A stretch of DNA of 61,076 nt, counting the filler, from Sphacelaria rigidula (taxonomy: Eukaryota): the NCBI GenBank assembly GCA_964200075.2. It is 4 parts of 4 records of this genome, joined end to end, with 100 filler letters (N's around TTAATTAATTAA, not from the genome) between each part and the next. Parts side by side here need not be neighbours in the genome. Positions count along the whole stretch, not along the records: positions 15,296 to 30,490 come from CAXNAA020001869.1; positions 30,591 to 45,785 come from CAXNAA020001870.1; 2 more parts are not named here. One strand, 5' to 3'. Both the position numbers and the translations under genes were made by a program. The notes below the pieces were generated by a model. The model saw only the letters and a program-made list of their open reading frames with translations, ran no database searches and was not told the DNA's origin. Shown here piece after piece: positions 29,904 through 40,790 of the stretch. Every line of letters starts with the position of its first letter. The stretch's first letter is position 1.

Positions 29904-30244
29904 GAAACCGGTTGACTGCTGAGCTAGTCAGCCAGCGCTAGCTGACTAGCTCAGCAGTCAACCGGTTTCGTATCAAAAGCTAAGTTCGGTTGGTCCGTCG
30001 CATGACCCCGAGTACTCACACCCCAGCCAAGGTTGCTACCCTTGTAACCAACACTGTCAAGTTCAACGGGTAGACTTCGACCGCACCGGGTGCTCAACAT
30101 CCAAGTCAAGTTATTTTGCTTTTCCGTATGTGTTCTTTCAACTGCAGTCTCGCGACATCGAAGAATGCTTTTGCTTGCACAGGGATTCGAACCCGGGAAC
30201 CTAGCTTTTGCGCTGGCTGTTTAGCTCAGCAGTCAACCGGTTTC
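29904..30244. mobile_element. 341-bp TIR element with TTAA target-site duplication and purine (GA) termini, Kolobok-like MITE
   Basis: TTAA|GAAACCGGTTGACTGCTGAGCTAGTCAGCCAGCGC ... GCGCTGGCTGTTTAGCTCAGCAGTCAACCGGTTTC|TTAA: 35-bp TIR with 2 mismatches. Confidence 0.8.
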
Positions 30245-30353
30245 TTAAGACCCACTTTTATGGCAGGCACGAATCTTGATTTTTTCAAAATCGGGGGGAC
30301 AAAAAATCGGGGAACGCATTTTATGCACACAGATTTGGACCAAGTCGGGGCTG

Positions 30354-30451
30354 AAAAAATTGGGGGGGTCACGATATCGGAACGATTTTCCACGATTTTC
30401 CGAAAAATCGTGGCAAAACCGTTCCGAGATCGTGACTCCCCCGATTTTTTT
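30354..30451. repeat. Imperfect ~100-bp palindrome in a repeat at the contig end
   Basis: AAAAAATTGGGGGGGTCACGATATCGGAACG...CGTTCCGAGATCGTGACTCCCCCGATTTTTT. Both strands translate to KIGGVTISERF. Confidence 0.75.
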
Positions 30452-30490
30452 GAGGTGACGTACGTGCATTGACGTACACTCCCAGAGTAC

Positions 30491-30590
30491 NNNNNNNNNN
30501 NNNNNNNNNNNNNNNNNNNNNNNNNNNNNNNNNNTTAATTAATTAANNNNNNNNNNNNNNNNNNNNNNNNNNNNNNNNNNNNNNNNNNNN
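30491..30590. other. Artificial contig spacer
   Basis: 44N + TTAATTAATTAA (30535-30546) + 44N. Confidence 0.98.
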
Positions 30591-30779
30591 GTCTAGGCGC
30601 GGGTCTCTGAGGATCACGTGCAACCTGCCTATCTGTGCCTTACCTTTCTGTATTACTTTTTGTATGTGTGCATCTTAAGAACAGTTTTTTGAGATCTCTA
30701 CGCCAAGGGGGGGGGGGGGTGTACTCATGGGGCGGGGGGGGATTTCGGGCCGTTTTCTTCCACGAAATTCCAATTCAAT

Positions 30780-31152
30780 CGTCGTTGGAAACAGCCAACA
30801 GGTGTTTTAACGCGCTTGCTTCCGATAATCGACACTCGTTCATACTGCTTCACACTGCTCTTACCCAAATACAAGCGCACCCCGAGTGTTTCAGGTCGTT
30901 TGACGTATCTATGAGCACATTTCCCCGTGGAATCGAACACCCCCCCACTATCGTAGCATGGCTCACACACGCTTGTAGCCTCGCTGTATGTTCCGTGTTT
31001 TGGATTTCGGCTCGATAACAATTTGCGGTACAAGTCGTGACTGCTCAACGAAGTCATGAACCATGTAGTGCCGGCGTATGTATACCTTTGATTGAAGATG
31101 TCCTTCCACGTTAAGTCGCATAGCTCATAGGATATTACAGTGAGATATTTGC
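30780..31152 (-). pseudogene. Possible herpesvirus/mirusvirus-like terminase ATPase fragment (tentative)
   Basis: Within the 273-aa ORF 30725..31546: YLTVISYE (Walker-B-like, one substitution from DE), then TTWFMTS, then VCEPC-x12-CAH-x5-P. Motif comparison is from memory only. Confidence 0.3.
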
Positions 31153-31624
31153 TGACATGATCAGTTACCCAATAGTGTACAGTACACCCTGGACAGAGTG
31201 ATGCTACGGTCGGGGTGCACAAACATTTTCTGAGGTTAGAATTGTTAGGAGCCCTTGATCTCACGCAAAACACCACTTGATAAAGTATGTAAAAGTACGC
31301 CAGGATTACTACTTCAAGTTGCTGGGGATATCCCGAATAAATATGCAAACGGGGATGCCCTGACCCATATTCTTGTGCATCTAGAATCGTTAGGAGCCCC
31401 TGAACTAGACAATATTTCGCGAAAAACGTGTACCCCTGCCGTAGCATTGATCGACAATAGACGGCATCTAATGCAATAGCAATATAATCTGCTGCGGTAG
31501 ATGTCAATATTGTCCTCCGTAATGGCCATCGATCGTCAAGTTTCATTTTCTGTTATCGTTGGCAATATCTAGCGGTAGACCAGTTCCCCACACTCTTGTC
31601 TGGGCAGCAGTTTGCTGTGGCCCT

Positions 31625-33225
31625 ACACCAAAGTCTATTGCGGCCAACCAAATGCATCGATCGATAGCTTTCCAAATTCATTGATGACGGCAATGGCTAT
31701 CGATAGACCGCGTGCCAAATCTGTTGATGATGACGATGGCTATTGACAGACTGTATACCAAATCTATAGAGTACGGCAATAGCCATTGACAGATTGCGTA
31801 TAAATCTATGCACGGCGGCAATGACTATCGATAAATACATACCAGAATCTACTGTGATATGCAATGCCTACCGATATATATTATCTGTTGTCTATGGCCA
31901 CACCTACATCGCAACATACGACGTATGGAGCATACTATTCTCCGTTAGGGTACGGTAGAGAAGCCGCAGGTGGACATGCAGCGGGTATATAATGATACTA
32001 CTTGTTGTGAAGATATGACATCATGTTTCTACAATTTTGGAACGCGTGTATTCTGTAGGAATCTGCAGTATGTGTGAGCAAAATTTTACAACATTTGTTA
32101 TTGGTCTACTATTAATACTTATGGTTGTCCCTCTGATAGACATCAGCACTTACAGTACTTTTGTGTGTCGGTGAGATGTGCTGATACCCTGGACAATAGA
32201 CTATGTAATAAAACATGGGCGCTACAATAGCCCCGAAAATGTGTCTGCCAATGTTCATCGTCAATCATAATCGACTGGCATTAAAACTTATCGATAGCTA
32301 ATATGTAGGCGATAATAGATTCGGGACAAGGCACAGAATGTATCATTGCCGTGACAATGGAGGGGCCAAGTTGTCTATCGATACAGTTTATTTGTTGCAA
32401 TAGGCTCTGGATCGTGGCCACCAATGTATACTGCTAATCACACTAGGATCTGCCACGAGGCGAGCAATACATATTGCTAGTCACAATAGGATATCAATTG
32501 AGCCCACCAATGTCTATTGAGGGTCCACGATGGAATCTGAATCGCGGCCACAAATGTCTACGCTGGTCACAACATAAGCTGGAGGGCGGCTACTGATATC
32601 TATTGCTGACCACAAAAGTAGCTGAATGGCGTCGATCACTAGCGCTATGTATGCACAACTTTCGATGTATGTTTCCACTTTATTCCACAGAAGATATGGT
32701 TAGCTATCGCCTCAGGTCGTTGCGTATTCATGTGTAAGGGTTATTGACGTTGATTTAATGGGAACACTGCAGTGAACGATCTCTTTTTCAAATCCTATCG
32801 ATGGCGTCACTGGCTATCGATAGGTGCTCCCGAGAAAAATCGATTGTTAACGACAATGCCCATATTGGTAGATGTCAAAAAAATGTATTGTTGGCAGCAG
32901 AGGCTACCGATAGACGGCTAACCAAATCTATTGATGGCGGTAATAGGTATTGATAGATGGCTCACCTAATCTATGGATGATGACAATGACTATCGATGGA
33001 TGGCTCACCATATACGTTGATTACGGCAATGGCTATCGATATATACGACCCAGAATCTATTGCGTACACGATGTCCATCGATGGCGTGCGATCTTCATGT
33101 ATTGTAATTGCCATAGGCTATCGATCGACTAATGCAACATCTATTGTCCCTTGCAATACGTATCAATAGATGGGTTTCGCCATCTATCGTGTTCGATATA
33201 TATCGATAGATTTTTCTCCGTGTCT
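31625..33225. repeat. Degenerate 43-bp tandem arrays (three blocks), probably internal/subterminal repeats of a DNA transposon
   Basis: CCAAATCTATTGATGACGGCAATGGCTATCGATAGAC-type units at 31672, 31715 and 31758 (43-bp spacing), and again at about 32790-33220. A second 43-bp variant (CAATGTCTATTGCTGGTCACAATAGG...) lies at about 32400-32630. Confidence 0.8.
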
Positions 33226-35321
33226 ATTACTGAAGCAATGGACTATTATTGTGCCCATTGCCCAGAGTGTGGTACAGTATCGAGGCAACGAGGTCACGTA
33301 GATTGCAGTAGATCTAGTGTAAAGAGCTGCAAAAGACTTATACGTCAGCGTTGAACTAAATGATATTGTTTGGTCTTACGTATGTGTACCGACTTGGCTA
33401 TCTTTCTAGGATTGAGGATGCTTGAGAATCGACCCCCAAGGCTGCCACTCTCTTTCTTTCCCTTCAACCATCTACTTTGACAAGAGACTGTGCTTTCATT
33501 CTGTGTTGGCCGCATAGCCGCTTGTGAAAACCACATCCTTTCTTCTTCTGCTGCTGCTGCAGAAGTAAGTAGTCTGACAACCACCGGTGCACCTCTGCCA
33601 CATTCTACTGTCGAGTGCGATAGTATTCGGTCTGTTCAAAAGACAGCGCCACACAACACGCGCATTTCCAACACATTGCCGAAAGTTTCCACACACACCG
33701 TATACCAGGTCCTCCTCTAAAACGATGGCGTTCCACATACATGTATTCGGCCTGGGTGGCTACCTTTTCCCATTGCGCCTCCACGAATCCAACACGTTTG
33801 CTTCAAGAGGCGTTCCATATACTGATCTTAGCTCGAAAGTCAATTATCCAGCCGTTTTTCTTCTGGGGGAAAGCCTCCTTGGCAAATAACGACTTCGGCG
33901 GTTTGGCGCCCCGTTCAGCCCAGAAATGGGGCGTGGCGAATTGTCCCATACCGAATGACTGACACTTGTTTTCGAGAGGGTTCCAGCGCATATTTCCGCT
34001 ATTCTATATGCCCAGTTGACATTTGGTCGGACCAACAACTATTCATACAAAATGAAAACTGCTGAGTGTTTCTGTGTGTTTCTCTGGGTCAATCAGGCAA
34101 ACGGGGAGGATTGTATGGATCGTACCAGAAATTGCTTGGCCCGGGAAGCACAATTCACCCCTCCCTCCCCCCCTCTACTTCGGGCGAAAGTCGGCACCAA
34201 AACGATGAAGGATATTTCCTAGAAAGCGCTTTTCCCCATACTCACAACAGGTCATCATGAGCACATAAGGAAAGGTGGTACACATGTTCACCATGAGCCC
34301 GATTCCATCCTTGGCGGTGCGCTGTGGTGGAGCGTGTTGGTCTGTTGCTGTGATATCTCTCACTTGTTCGTCGCTCTTGTCCCGTTAAAGACTTTCGTAA
34401 CACGGAACAAAACTACGAATCAACTTTGAAGCTCAAGATACGGAACACCGCTAAACTCGTTGTCTAGACCCAGCACGTTGATTTTGTCTTGCTTGGACGC
34501 TGATCAAAACCGCTCGGTGTGACAATATCGTTCGGTAAATAACCCTTTCCTGCTACCCATCCAGCGAGGGGCTGGTAAGTGAGGGCGAAGTTCTTCAATT
34601 TAGTATATTGGCGTTTGAGACGTCAAGGTAAGACGCAAACGCAGCACATCCTGGCCTTTGGGTGGGTCGAAACTCAGCGCCTTGTACCTTGTTACAGGCA
34701 CAATGCGCAACACGCTGCTCACACAGCAAATCTCTGAGCAATCGCACGCATCGTGCACCCCCCTCCCCCACCCTGCACACTGCTGTTTTGTTGGTTTGTT
34801 GATGATCGCCGAGTAGGTAAAGCAGAACCTGAAAAATGAGTGTCGTCTTCAATTACCCACATTTTTCTCAGTGATTGACTGCACCGTCTCGCGTTTCTTG
34901 CAGTAGTAGCGCTTGGCTTTGTTTCTTGATGCAGTCGTTAAATTGACGGCAGTTTGCACCGTGTGAGGAGCAGGAGCATATTGACATGGCTCGATCCTGA
35001 AACACCGCATGAATAAGCGTCAAATCAGGACTGACGTTGGCGGTTGTGCAATGATATACCTTGGGGTTGTTGTGGGAAAGCCGAGGATATATACGCATGC
35101 AACATGTTTGACGAGAAGAGCACGTGGCCATATTTTCCCGACAAGTCCTCCCCGACCTGACAGCGAGCTCGGCAGTGGCAATCCATGGCTGCAACATCTG
35201 CCGCCGCGTCCCGGTGGTGTAATGGTCCCACTGTCACCATTAGGGTGGAGATAACGAGGGTTCGATTTCCGATGCGTTTGGATTTACTTCCAAATATCTG
35301 ATTCCCACCGTCGAAGGCGTG

Positions 35322-35695
35322 ACTGATTTGATTGATTGATTGTCGCACTTTAACTGACCCCCCCAGGGGTCCAGCCGTGGTCTCATAATAGACGTACCCA
35401 AGAAAGACGAAACTGAAACACGCTCTGAGGGGGAAAAAAGGAACAGAAGGAAAAAGAGGGATCGAACAGAACGACATAGCAGACTAAGTCGTGACCAAAA
35501 AACGTAATAATACGTAAGTAAACAAAAAGTGACCGGCCGAGTTTGTTTGACGAGAGTTGACGCGGTGCGGGAGTGCTGACCCGATCTGCGAGACCAAAAT
35601 ACAAGGCGTGTACCGGAGAGAGATGGGTTGATCCCTCAAGACCTCGGACTCGTCTCTATGGGAAGGGGAGGGCTTCAAAGTGCGACAAAAAAAAC
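35322..35695 (-). mobile_element. Non-LTR retroelement/SINE 3' portion with (CAAT)n tail
   Basis: TGATTGATTGATTGTCGCACTTTAACTGACCCCCCAGG matches the 17355-17393 terminus. The segment at about 35510-35690 is homologous to about 59670-59845 (TTGACGCGGTGCGGGAGTGCTG...GACCAAAAT...GTACCGG...GGGTTGATCCCTC). Confidence 0.7.
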
Positions 35696-35729
35696 AAATG
35701 TGTTTATTGTTTGGGTACAGAACTCTTAA

Positions 35730-36212
35730 CCCTTTTGGAACTGGCAATGGGAAATCGATAATTTGCAATTAGTGATGGTTTTCGAACGAGATATGGTTGA
35801 TTATTCACAACATACTCACAGCATTCCGCCAACTATTGATGCGGCCCACCAACCGGTGCTTCACTTACAAATGAGTGCTGATATAGGGATGTGTGCCGAG
35901 TCGGAGCCCGGAACCCCATGCTGTTTTTTTTCAATAGTGAGTTTCATAGCATTTTGGTGGATATTTGTCGATACATACCATTAGACACACTTCACCCGTT
36001 GCGTAGTATGGTTTGATAAACCTCACTCGACCTCTCCAGGGGGGACATTTTTCGTGCGCCCGTGGAGTGTGCTGGTGGATTCTTCCGTGATCTTTCACAG
36101 TGAAATCGTTACTGTCGGCCTCTTTACTGTTAACATATTTCTTCTTTGTCAGAGTTTATTGACATAATGAGGTGTCTGGCCTGGGGACGGGAAGAGGGGG
36201 GTTCCCAAAGGA
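35730..36212. mobile_element. Degenerate piggyBac-like non-autonomous element
   Basis: TTAA|CCCTTTTGGAAC ... GTTCCCAAAGGA|TTAA. The left end is identical to the 117-bp MITE at 46203. Confidence 0.55.
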
Positions 36213-37109
36213 TTAACAAGTCGTCAATGACGCACAAACGTCATGCAAGACCCATAGCTCCCCCACTATTCACTGCTGCTAAGGACGAGCACTTATGAGG
36301 AAAGCCTGCCTTGGTGAGTGCGGTATCATGATTGATACAACTCGACAATCGGAGCATATATTTATTGTTTACATGGTTCACGTGTTTTTTTTGCTTTACC
36401 TCAACGGATCCGCGCGTTTTTCTGCCGTCCCAACCGAAACAAGAATAACACTTACAGTGTAAAAAATGTTTTTAGGAGCTTGTGCCAAGTGATCCAATCA
36501 TCAATGTGTAACACCTCTTACTTCCTATATATCCAGGTACTCATCGGAGCCATTCAATTTCATTTTTTGTGCACATTTTGTTTCTTTGAAGATTCATGCA
36601 GTGACCATTGAAGATGTGCACATTTTGTGTTTGGCGCTTGGACAGTGACCGTTGAAAAAGTGCCGGATTAACCAGTTAGTTGATTGCGTTCGTATGCCAA
36701 ATCCCCTCACGCCAACACATCGCACCTTCAAATATTCATGGTGCGGTTGCACGACCCGTAGGTTGTTTAGTTGTATGGAATGCCAAGGGGGTGGCCATGA
36801 GCATGTGCCAACAACCATCTCCCTTGAAAATAACGCATTTCCGCTCACTCTGGTGCCACGCACTTGGTGTTAATCTATTCGTGTTGACCGAGCAAAATGT
36901 TGGTGCGGTAATAGGGCGCCAATATGCATCTGACCAGTATTATGTCGGCGCCGTACGAAGCCGATATATATATATATATATATATTGACGATTCAAATAC
37001 TCAACACCCGGAGCAATATATATATATATATATATATTTGTTGCCGTCCCAAATGTCGGGCGTCCAATATATATTGGGCGAACAATACACGAGGGGATCG
37101 ACCGGCACA

Positions 37110-37371
37110 GACACTTTCTACGATAGCCCCTCCCCCCCCCCCTCCGAAACCAGCCCAAAACTGTCACGAATAAAATGGTCATACAGCGCCTGGTGTTTGG
37201 TTTCAGGCTGCATGAAGCGCCTCATATGGGTGACATGGGCGAAAACGAACCCAAGCTTTGTACTTACCGGCTGCTCGTTGTGCCCGGCTTTTTCATTCCG
37301 ATTCCCGTGTAGATTGTTTTGGCCTCCCTAAACCAACCACATTTTGTAGGGGGGCTATCGTACAAAGCGTC
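37110..37371. mobile_element. MITE, same family as 6999-7270 (inverted)
   Basis: GACACTTTCTACGATAGCCCC...GGGGCTATCGTACAAAGCGTC. Its internal CATGAAGCGCCTCATAT is the reverse complement of ATATGAGGCGCTTCATG at about 7152-7168. Confidence 0.75.
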
Positions 37372-37679
37372 CGCAATATATGTGATAATAGCTCTATTTA
37401 TAGTACGAATGCATTTGGTTCACCTTGGACAGTGCACAGAAATTAGTATGGTGGTCACTTTTGTGTTCACGGGCACCATTGAAGGATGACCACCAGATTG
37501 CCGAAAACGCTAAGTATATTCCTTCGCGAACGTGTCCAATATATATTGGCTGCACAACAGCTATGCGATGAACGTGTTCAATATACATTGGGAAAACATT
37601 ACTTTTGCATGGTGGGTGTTCAGTATATATGTACATATATATATATATATACTATCGCAACAGTAAGTAATGCAACGCT

Positions 37680-37865
37680 TCGGAAAACGCTGTTTTGTCA
37701 CTTGAGATTGCAAATATGTCAGGATCAGAGTGCAGAATAAAAAAAATACCTCATCGAAAAAAAGTTGAGGGCATACCACGTTTGACGGAGGCGGAAATTC
37801 GTGTTAGTTACACTCTGATCCTGAGATTTTTGCACTCTGAAATGACAAAAAGGCGTTTTCCGGAC
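37680..37865. repeat. MITE-like inverted repeat (~55-bp imperfect arms)
   Basis: TCGGAAAACGCTGTTTTGTCACTTGAGATTGCAAATATGTCAGGATCAGAGTG vs CACTCTGATCCTGAGATTTTTGCACTCTGAAATGACAAAAAGGCGTTTTCCGGA. Confidence 0.7.
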
Positions 37866-38564
37866 TTCCTCATGTATGTATAGTATATTTTGACACTTCA
37901 ATACATACCCGGCCGACATGGACAGTATAATATTTTGACCGTCTAGTCCCTGGAGCAAGTACATGTCCGAAATATCTTGGTCTTCATTGCTTCACGATCA
38001 TTGCGCGAAACATATGTACCGTGGCTTCAACATCTCCGAGGAGGTCTTAACACAAAATACATTGTGAGAACAATTCTTGGGCTGCTTCCAATTTCAAGTA
38101 TTGGTATCGTATTGAAACACATTGTATTATCCAGCGTATAAGCAGCACAACACCGGTGAACGAAGGGGTACCACAAGGCGCGTATCGACCCGCGTCTTCT
38201 GCCGTCACTTACTGTGAGAGAAACTAGGAAACATAAATGCTTCCAAGGGACGACGCAACGACTTTCATTTTTCTTTCTCTCGGAATGATTCGAAATGACG
38301 CCCGTATTACATCCCGCATGCCAACGAAATAATTACTTCTTGAGTTACAATAAATAAGAGATTCGCTGGACGGAATTACTTCCGGGACGCGGCAGGGTGC
38401 AGTACTTGAAAATGTATATTATGGAACACATACTCAGTATCGATGCGAGTGACCAATGGATACTGGGTGGGTGGGATGTTATCGCACACGCTACCGGTAT
38501 GTATATACTAACAGAGCAATATGTAGGTCACTCGAACGGCCCCAACACATACACTACGTACATA

Positions 38565-40790
38565 AGATTGTAACGGCGCACGGGGGCGAAGTATTGCGCC
38601 CACGCCTCCCTATCGATATTCGCCCGAACTTCTTTGAATCAACGACAGGAGAGCGAATGCTTGGCGACGTAACGTAGCGACGAGTATATTATGATAAAAT
38701 ACGGGCGAAAGATTAATCAGCGGCCCAGCGTACCGATGGATATGTACAACGTCCCGTAATCGCGATTTGTCCGACCTTCACTGATATTCACAGGGGGCAA
38801 AGAGTGCTCGGCAAGGCAATATACCGACGAACTGCGTGTATGCAGCTGTCGAAACGTCTGTTAACGTGTATTCAAGTTCGGAAGTCCGTTCATATGCCCG
38901 AAACCACAGAAAAGAACGTTCGGCCACGTATTCAACCGACGAACTAAGCCTGTATGTAGTACTGTTCACGTCCGGAAATGTTGATCCTTTCGCTTACATC
39001 ATTGACCGGAACTTCTCTTGATAAAAGAGAGGAGGAAGAATGCGCGGCAACGTAACGTAACAGCGAATATATCAAAAAGGGGTAAAACCAATGCTCGGCA
39101 ACGTGTTATACCGACGAGCTCATTCTATGCACCACTGTGAACGTCCAGAACGTTGAATGAACGTACGTCACATGTGGAATGAGCATGAGTTAGTATTGTT
39201 TTGACTACACATACATATGACTCACACATCGCCATCGGAGCGTTGATGAATCGATGTGTAACGAGTATGTTGTGTGCAGCTTTTAACAACACATTGTATT
39301 GTAATGTGAGTGGGTCGTTTACGCGTGTGAATGGTACTTATTATAGCGCGTGCATAAAGCGAAAGCTTCCTTATCGACATTCGCCCGAAACCACAGGGAA
39401 AACCATGCTGGGCAACGTATTAAACTGAAGAACTCAGTCGAGGAACGCTGACCCTTCCGCTTATGCCAACGTCTCATTATCGACGTCCGCCCGAAACCAG
39501 AGGTGACAAAGAATGCTCGGCAACGAATGAAACCGACGAACTGGCGCTCGTGGTGATCGCGCCTTCAGTTTCGCATGCAATATGTACCCTCTTCTGCAGT
39601 GCGACAGTACGCATTTTGTACACACTCATACTTTTTGTAATTGACATATTTTGGAATATCTTGTTCCCTGTTTCAAGTCTACACTGTTCTTTTATGATCC
39701 AGGTTTTCCCTCGTTTTCCCCTGAATTTTCACGTTAGGGTACACATTACCGTTCCTTTTCCGTATTGTACCTTTCCTAAAACGTTCGTAGCGTTGGCGTT
39801 TTTCTTCCGCATGAAATCCCTTCACTGTCGTGCGTTAGTATTCCTTTTGTGCATCCTTTGTTCTTCCAAGTTTTATACAATATAAAGCATTAGGGATACA
39901 CTTTACTTCTCTGATTTGGTTGTTCCTCGTTTTCCCCTACTTCTTTGAAGTTTAAGTACACCCAAGGTTTCGTCTGCGGTTTGTCCGTTCTTCTACAACG
40001 TTCGTAGTGTTGCGAATTTTCTTTCGCAGGTGATACATTTACTTGCAGTGCGTTACTAAATCTTGTGTGCGTCCTTTGTTTCTCCAATTTTTATATAATA
40101 AATAGGTAATTCATTAATACTTGTTTGAGGATGAAATGGGAATGTTTTTTTATGATGGGAAATGATATGTATATAGGGGAATGAATTTTATTTTTTGGAC
40201 AAGGGCAAGACAATATAAACCTTTTGGGATACACTTCTTTCTCATTGTTCCATTATATCTGCTACCAGCTTTCCTACCTACTCAACATCCCTCTAGGATA
40301 AAACACTTCCGACGATGCCTCCTTTGGCATCCTTTTTCCATGAGCGCATTGTAAGATATTCGCTGCGCGACGGTCTCGAGTGCATTGTTTATATATATAT
40401 ATATATATATATGCAATGATCGGCCATTATCGTATCACGCTCTCGACCCCGATATATGTAAGTTTATAAAATTGTAACGGCGCACGAGAGCGCAGCATTC
40501 TGCCCACGCTATCGACATTCGCCCGATTTTCACTAGAAATAGAGGGGGCAGAGAATTCTCGGCATGGTAACGTACCGACGGACTAAATGTATGCAGATGT
40601 CGGGACGTCTGCATTTTATATACACCTAGTACTACCGCACAGCTGTTGGTACTGCACATGATCAGTGTCTTCTGTAGAACACGCACCGACATGGTATTTT
40701 ATAAAGGGAAAGGAAATATACCGATCCTCACTAGAAACGAGAGGAGGCAAATAAAGCTCGGCGAGGGAATGTACCGACGACGACCAGTAA
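38565..40790 (+). repeat. Irregularly spaced degenerate direct repeats (about 9 copies)
   Basis: Core ~AATGCTCGGCAACGT-N5-ACCGACGAACT at about 38655, 38802, 38914, 39038, 39089, 39403, 39511, 40553 and 40753, often preceded by ATCGACATTCGCCCGA. Confidence 0.7.

Noticed and set aside
30170-30230. tRNA gene
   Set aside because: Only a T-arm/B-box is recognisable. I could not build an acceptor stem or D-arm, and the sequence lies inside a MITE.
33844-34038. AEICAGT as a C5-methyltransferase motif I, or LPRR...KT as a terminase Walker A
   Set aside because: No downstream PPC/ENV motifs, and the Walker A glycine and spacing are wrong; likely chance.
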